Origin: a virus
Lineage: Duplodnaviria; Caudoviricetes
Strand: one strand, 5' to 3'
DNA length: 29,385 bases
Virus record (IMG/VR): IMGVR_UViG_3300012933_000182
Coordinates: 1 to 29,385 of that record
Shown here: positions 26,312 through 29,385 of the stretch, piece by piece
Numbering within the stretch: position 1 is the first letter of the stretch
Layout of the letters: each line of letters starts with the position of its first letter
Position numbers and translations under genes: made by a program
Notes under the pieces: generated by a model
The model's input: only the letters and a program-made list of their open reading frames with translations
Told to the model about the DNA's origin: nothing
The model's database searches: none

Positions 26312-26808
26312 TGAGAGCAACCGAATTCATCACTGAAGTCTTCGAACCCGGTAAAACAAACTGGAAGTGGCGTCACCGCGGTAGCGAAGAAGCGACTGCT
26401 GACTTCACAGTGGGGGATAGAACATATCAATGGCATGCATACTCACACGTTCGTGCAGGTAATCCAACTAAGTGGGAAATGCAGTTTCGCTTGATAAGAC
26501 AGCCAACTGATGATGAAAATTTAGACTTATTTGGTTTAACTGGCACAGGTAACTCAGCGGATGTTATGTCAACTGCGGTTGATATTACACGTTCATTTTT
26601 AGAAATCTACGGACTCGATAAAGTAGAAGAAATTACGTTCAGTGCCAAAGAAGATAACAGAAATTCTCGTATATCGTTGTACGCTAAAATGATTAAACGT
26701 CTATTGCCTACATGGGATTTGTATCAAAAATACAGTGAAGAAAACGGAATGGAATATCATCTAACTGACCGTAGAGCGTATGACAAGCCTGAGAATAAGA
26801 TTAATTAA
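26311..26808 (+). CDS. Hypothetical protein with leader MRATEFITE
   Basis: 165-aa ORF, TAATG-coupled to dps. Confidence 0.85.
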   Translation: MRATEFITEVFEPGKTNWKWRHRGSEEATADFTVGDRTYQWHAYSHVRAGNPTKWEMQFRLIRQPTDDENLDLFGLTGTGNSADVMSTAVDITRSFLEIYGLDKVEEITFSAKEDNRNSRISLYAKMIKRLLPTWDLYQKYSEENGMEYHLTDRRAYDKPENKIN

Positions 26809-26810
26809 GA

Positions 26811-26906
26811 ACATGCCTTAGGACCGTGGTAGTTACTACCATGCAGGCGTCGGGCGGCTGCTGCCCTGAAATGAACGATTCGCTACCGGAATTTTCTAAA
26901 GTGAGC
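26811..26906 (+). ncRNA. Candidate structured RNA (unassigned)
   Basis: GC-rich intergenic island with nested stems ATGCCT/AGGCGT, CGTGGTAG/CTACCATG, GGGCGG/CTGCCC, TCGCT/AGTGA; no U-tract. Strand assumed. Confidence 0.5.
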
Positions 26907-26922
26907 ATTACTTCTAAAAACG

Positions 26923-26930
26923 CATAAATA
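26923..26930 (+). promoter_or_regulatory. Late promoter core CATAAATA
   Basis: 6 nt upstream of ATG 26937, no SD. Confidence 0.7.
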
Positions 26931-26936
26931 CTTATT

Positions 26937-27527
26937 ATGCGAGCCGAAACATTTATCCTAGAATCTGCTGCTAAAGAATTAGCAGACCAGCTTCCTACAC
27001 TCAAAAGAACTGACTATGATGCAATAGATGCGTTGATGCAACGAATCAGCGTCAAGCACGACCTATCCGGTGAAAAACTACATAGCTTATTTGTACGCAA
27101 ATACGGACATTCACCTGATACTTGGGTTAAAAGAATCAAACAACGTAACGAAGAAGTTACTGAGGGTGTAGAGACAGATGATGACGTTAAGCAAGTTGAA
27201 GAATTTATTGAGTGGGCAAAGCAAACACTGAATGTCAAAGGTACTCCGAAGTTTCACTTTAGTAGAGATACACAACAAGCACAAGAAGACCACAGAACAG
27301 GCATGCACGATAGTCAAGGTAACATTATCGTGTACATTGAAAATCGCAACTTGATTGATATTTTCAGAACAATTTTCCATGAACTAGTACATCAACGACA
27401 AGATGAGTTAGGTATGATTGAGAACGGTGATAGTTATCCCGGTAGCCCCATTGAAGCGATGGCTGATATGTTGGCTGGAAAGTACATAAAGATTTATGGA
27501 AAAGAACATCCCGAAATTTTCCAATAA
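26937..27527 (+). CDS. Two-module protein with C-terminal zincin-like metallopeptidase motif
   Basis: Leader MRAETFILE|S; junction VTE|GVE; IFHELVHQRQ...IEAMA (HExxH...E). Confidence 0.75.
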   Translation: MRAETFILESAAKELADQLPTLKRTDYDAIDALMQRISVKHDLSGEKLHSLFVRKYGHSPDTWVKRIKQRNEEVTEGVETDDDVKQVEEFIEWAKQTLNVKGTPKFHFSRDTQQAQEDHRTGMHDSQGNIIVYIENRNLIDIFRTIFHELVHQRQDELGMIENGDSYPGSPIEAMADMLAGKYIKIYGKEHPEIFQ

Positions 27528-27549
27528 AGTAAAACAAAAGTTAACAGAA

Positions 27550-27681
27550 GTGCCTGAAGACTTGTTTGAAATGGGTAAAGAAACTATTGATTTTAAAGCA
27601 CAGGTCTTGAAAAGACAGTATAATAAGAATCCTTTGAGCATTTTTAACTTGATAAAGAGAATGATTAATGAGAGCAAATGA
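27550..27681 (+). CDS. Possible small protein (43 aa, GTG start)
   Basis: Fills the gap between two genes; start uncertain (27496, 27550 or 27571). Confidence 0.35.
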   Translation: MPEDLFEMGKETIDFKAQVLKRQYNKNPLSIFNLIKRMINESK

Positions 27682-28345
27682 GTTTGTAAACGAAGACATG
27701 TCACGCCGAGGATTTCTAGGCGCACTAGGTGCAGGTGCCATGGCAGCTTCAGGTGTAGCTCAAGCTAAAGTTAATCCAACTCCGCAGCCTGTAGCAAACA
27801 ATCCCAAAGCAGAACTACTACTCAAGTGGGCTAAACGATTTATTACTGATCCTGCTGAACTAGCAGCATTCATGGCACAGTGCGCCCATGAGAGCGACAA
27901 CTTCAAAGCAATGGAAGAATATGGTTCGCCTGAGCGTTTTGCTAAGAAGTATGACATTCGTTACAACCCACAAAAAGCAAAACAATTAGGTAACACTAAT
28001 CCAGGCGACGGTATCAAGTATCGTGGTCGTGGTTATATTCAGTTGACTGGTAAATACAACTATGAAAAAGCAGGTGAATGGATTTCAAAGTACATCAGTC
28101 ACCCAGTTGACTTTGTAAAGAATCCTGACTTAGTAGCTACTCCGACAGCGGCTGCATTGAGTAGCTTGTGGTACTGGATGACATTCGTTAAGCCACGTAC
28201 AAAGAGCTTCACAAACACTAAGCAAGTTACAAAGAACATCAATCCGGGAATGAAAGGTCAATCTAGCCGCGAACAAAAAGCACGTGATTGGCAAGCACAC
28301 TTGAACGTTAAGCCAGGAAAACCAGTTAAGGTTGCATCAAGATGA
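27668..28345 (+). CDS. GH19 (chitinase-like) peptidoglycan hydrolase with Glu-terminated leader plus Tat-like signal peptide
   Basis: AFMAQCAHES, LGNT.PGDG.KYRGRGYIQLTGKYNY, VTK.IN; N-terminus MRANEFVNE|DMSRRGFLGALGAGAMAASGVAQA. Confidence 0.9.
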   Translation: MRANEFVNEDMSRRGFLGALGAGAMAASGVAQAKVNPTPQPVANNPKAELLLKWAKRFITDPAELAAFMAQCAHESDNFKAMEEYGSPERFAKKYDIRYNPQKAKQLGNTNPGDGIKYRGRGYIQLTGKYNYEKAGEWISKYISHPVDFVKNPDLVATPTAAALSSLWYWMTFVKPRTKSFTNTKQVTKNINPGMKGQSSREQKARDWQAHLNVKPGKPVKVASR

Positions 28346-29160
28346 GAGCAAATGAATTTTTAACCGAGATTGAACGTCTTAGTAAAGATGACTACACCGG
28401 TGGCAAAGATGAGTTAGGGATTTATCAAACTCCCGGTGAAAAGAAATTAATACCTTTGCCTGGCGGCAGTGGATTATTCTATAGCATAAAAGCTGACCGT
28501 GACGGTACTCGTCAATTTATCTTCATAGTTGACCCTGAACATATTGAAAACACATTGTCTAGACGACACGGGGAGTCGGTTGAAGCGTTTATAGCTAGAG
28601 TGAAAGAAGTTCACCGCAATGGTGTAAAACCACAACCAAAGATTGTTGCTAAACTGTCAGTTGAAACTTTCTCTAGCCCTATCCCTAACGCAGTACAAGT
28701 TGGTTCTATTACAGTTGACGAAGACTATCGTGGTAAAGGTCTTGCTAAAGCATTGTATGGCATCGTATTGTCGATTATGAAAAAGACATTGCTTGCTGGT
28801 AACGAACAAACACCAGGTGGACGTAGAAACTGGATGAGTTTAGCAAGTATACCCGGTGTTGAAGTTAAAGGCTTCCTTCAACTTGACCCTGATGATTTAG
28901 AATTTGATCCTACAGATTGGCCTGATACCCCTGAGTACCAACAAGCAATGAAAAAGCGAGAAACGGTTATTGATACGATGCACGACAACATTATGAAACT
29001 TGGTGGTCAGTTTATTGGTAAAAGCAAGTACGCAGAGTACTGGGCGTTTGATGTTATGCCAGGCAACGGAGAACTAGCTCCCGTAGTTAAGAACTCATTG
29101 AGTAAATTATATAACACAGATGTTCCAACTGGTTTATTTGCAAGGTGGACCGGCAAATGA
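28342..29160 (+). CDS. GNAT-family acetyltransferase-like protein with leader MRANEFLTE
   Basis: ITVDEDYRGKGLAKALY acetyl-CoA-binding motif A; QTPGGRRNW. Confidence 0.75.
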   Translation: MRANEFLTEIERLSKDDYTGGKDELGIYQTPGEKKLIPLPGGSGLFYSIKADRDGTRQFIFIVDPEHIENTLSRRHGESVEAFIARVKEVHRNGVKPQPKIVAKLSVETFSSPIPNAVQVGSITVDEDYRGKGLAKALYGIVLSIMKKTLLAGNEQTPGGRRNWMSLASIPGVEVKGFLQLDPDDLEFDPTDWPDTPEYQQAMKKRETVIDTMHDNIMKLGGQFIGKSKYAEYWAFDVMPGNGELAPVVKNSLSKLYNTDVPTGLFARWTGK

Positions 29161-29385
29161 GAGCAAACGAATTCATTAATGAAACAATCAACAAAGAAAC
29201 ATTGAACCCAAAGTTCAAACATTCTATTGAAGATAACGGCATAACGTATACTGCCAAGTACATCAAGTACGGTGGTGATGGTAAATCATATTTCGCAATC
29301 ACTGCTACCCAAGAGATAGACAATCAAACGGTACGTGCCGGTGAAGTTATGTTCAGACCAAAGACTGACGGTAACGGTAACTATT
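29157..29385 (+). CDS. Partial ORF with leader MRANEFINE, runs off window
   Basis: ATGA overlap with upstream stop; 76 open codons to the edge. Confidence 0.85.
   Translation, partial: MRANEFINETINKETLNPKFKHSIEDNGITYTAKYIKYGGDGKSYFAITATQEIDNQTVRAGEVMFRPKTDGNGNY

Noticed and set aside
26811-26906. tRNA or intrinsic terminator
   Set aside because: No cloverleaf/TTC-arm geometry or CCA, and no U-tract after the stems.
578-29323. Numerous 60-150-aa antisense/alternate-frame ORFs in the track (e.g. 989-1450, 4509-4940, 13085-13444, 22408-22710)
   Set aside because: Shadows of well-supported genes, no RBS/promoter or motifs.
1-29385. Stop-codon reassignment as in some large phages
   Set aside because: Standard code gives dense, intact ORFs; TAA, TGA and one TAG all act as stops.

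Overview
AT-rich, gene-dense segment of a large T4-like (myovirus-type) bacteriophage genome, almost all on the + strand, standard genetic code. Intergenic regions repeatedly carry a T4-type late promoter core (N-ATAAATA). Order: two hypotheticals, a 3TM holin-like protein, a DnaJ-ClpA chaperone pair, a block of nucleotide-handling enzymes (two pol-beta-like NTases, a KxDG ligase-like protein, a HIGH-type transferase fused to an HD hydrolase, a glycosyltransferase-like protein), a tail-fibre/virion appendage block, a reverse-strand QueC-like + methyltransferase-like pair, then GP88-like, Dps, HExxH peptidase, GH19 lysozyme and GNAT genes. The most striking pattern: about ten unrelated proteins begin with a short leader ending in Glu (MRANEFVNE, MRATEFITE, MKFSDILTE...) resembling the T4 capsid-targeting sequence removed by prohead protease gp21, and two long ORFs look like polyproteins whose modules are separated by the same hydrophobic-X-Glu sites (one with an exact 16-nt DNA repeat at the junctions). 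In two cases the predicted cut unmasks a twin-arginine (Tat) signal peptide. I infer a shufflable, head-packaged, protease-activated effector cargo system, partly routed to the host Tat pathway. All family assignments are from motif recognition by eye; no database searches were run.
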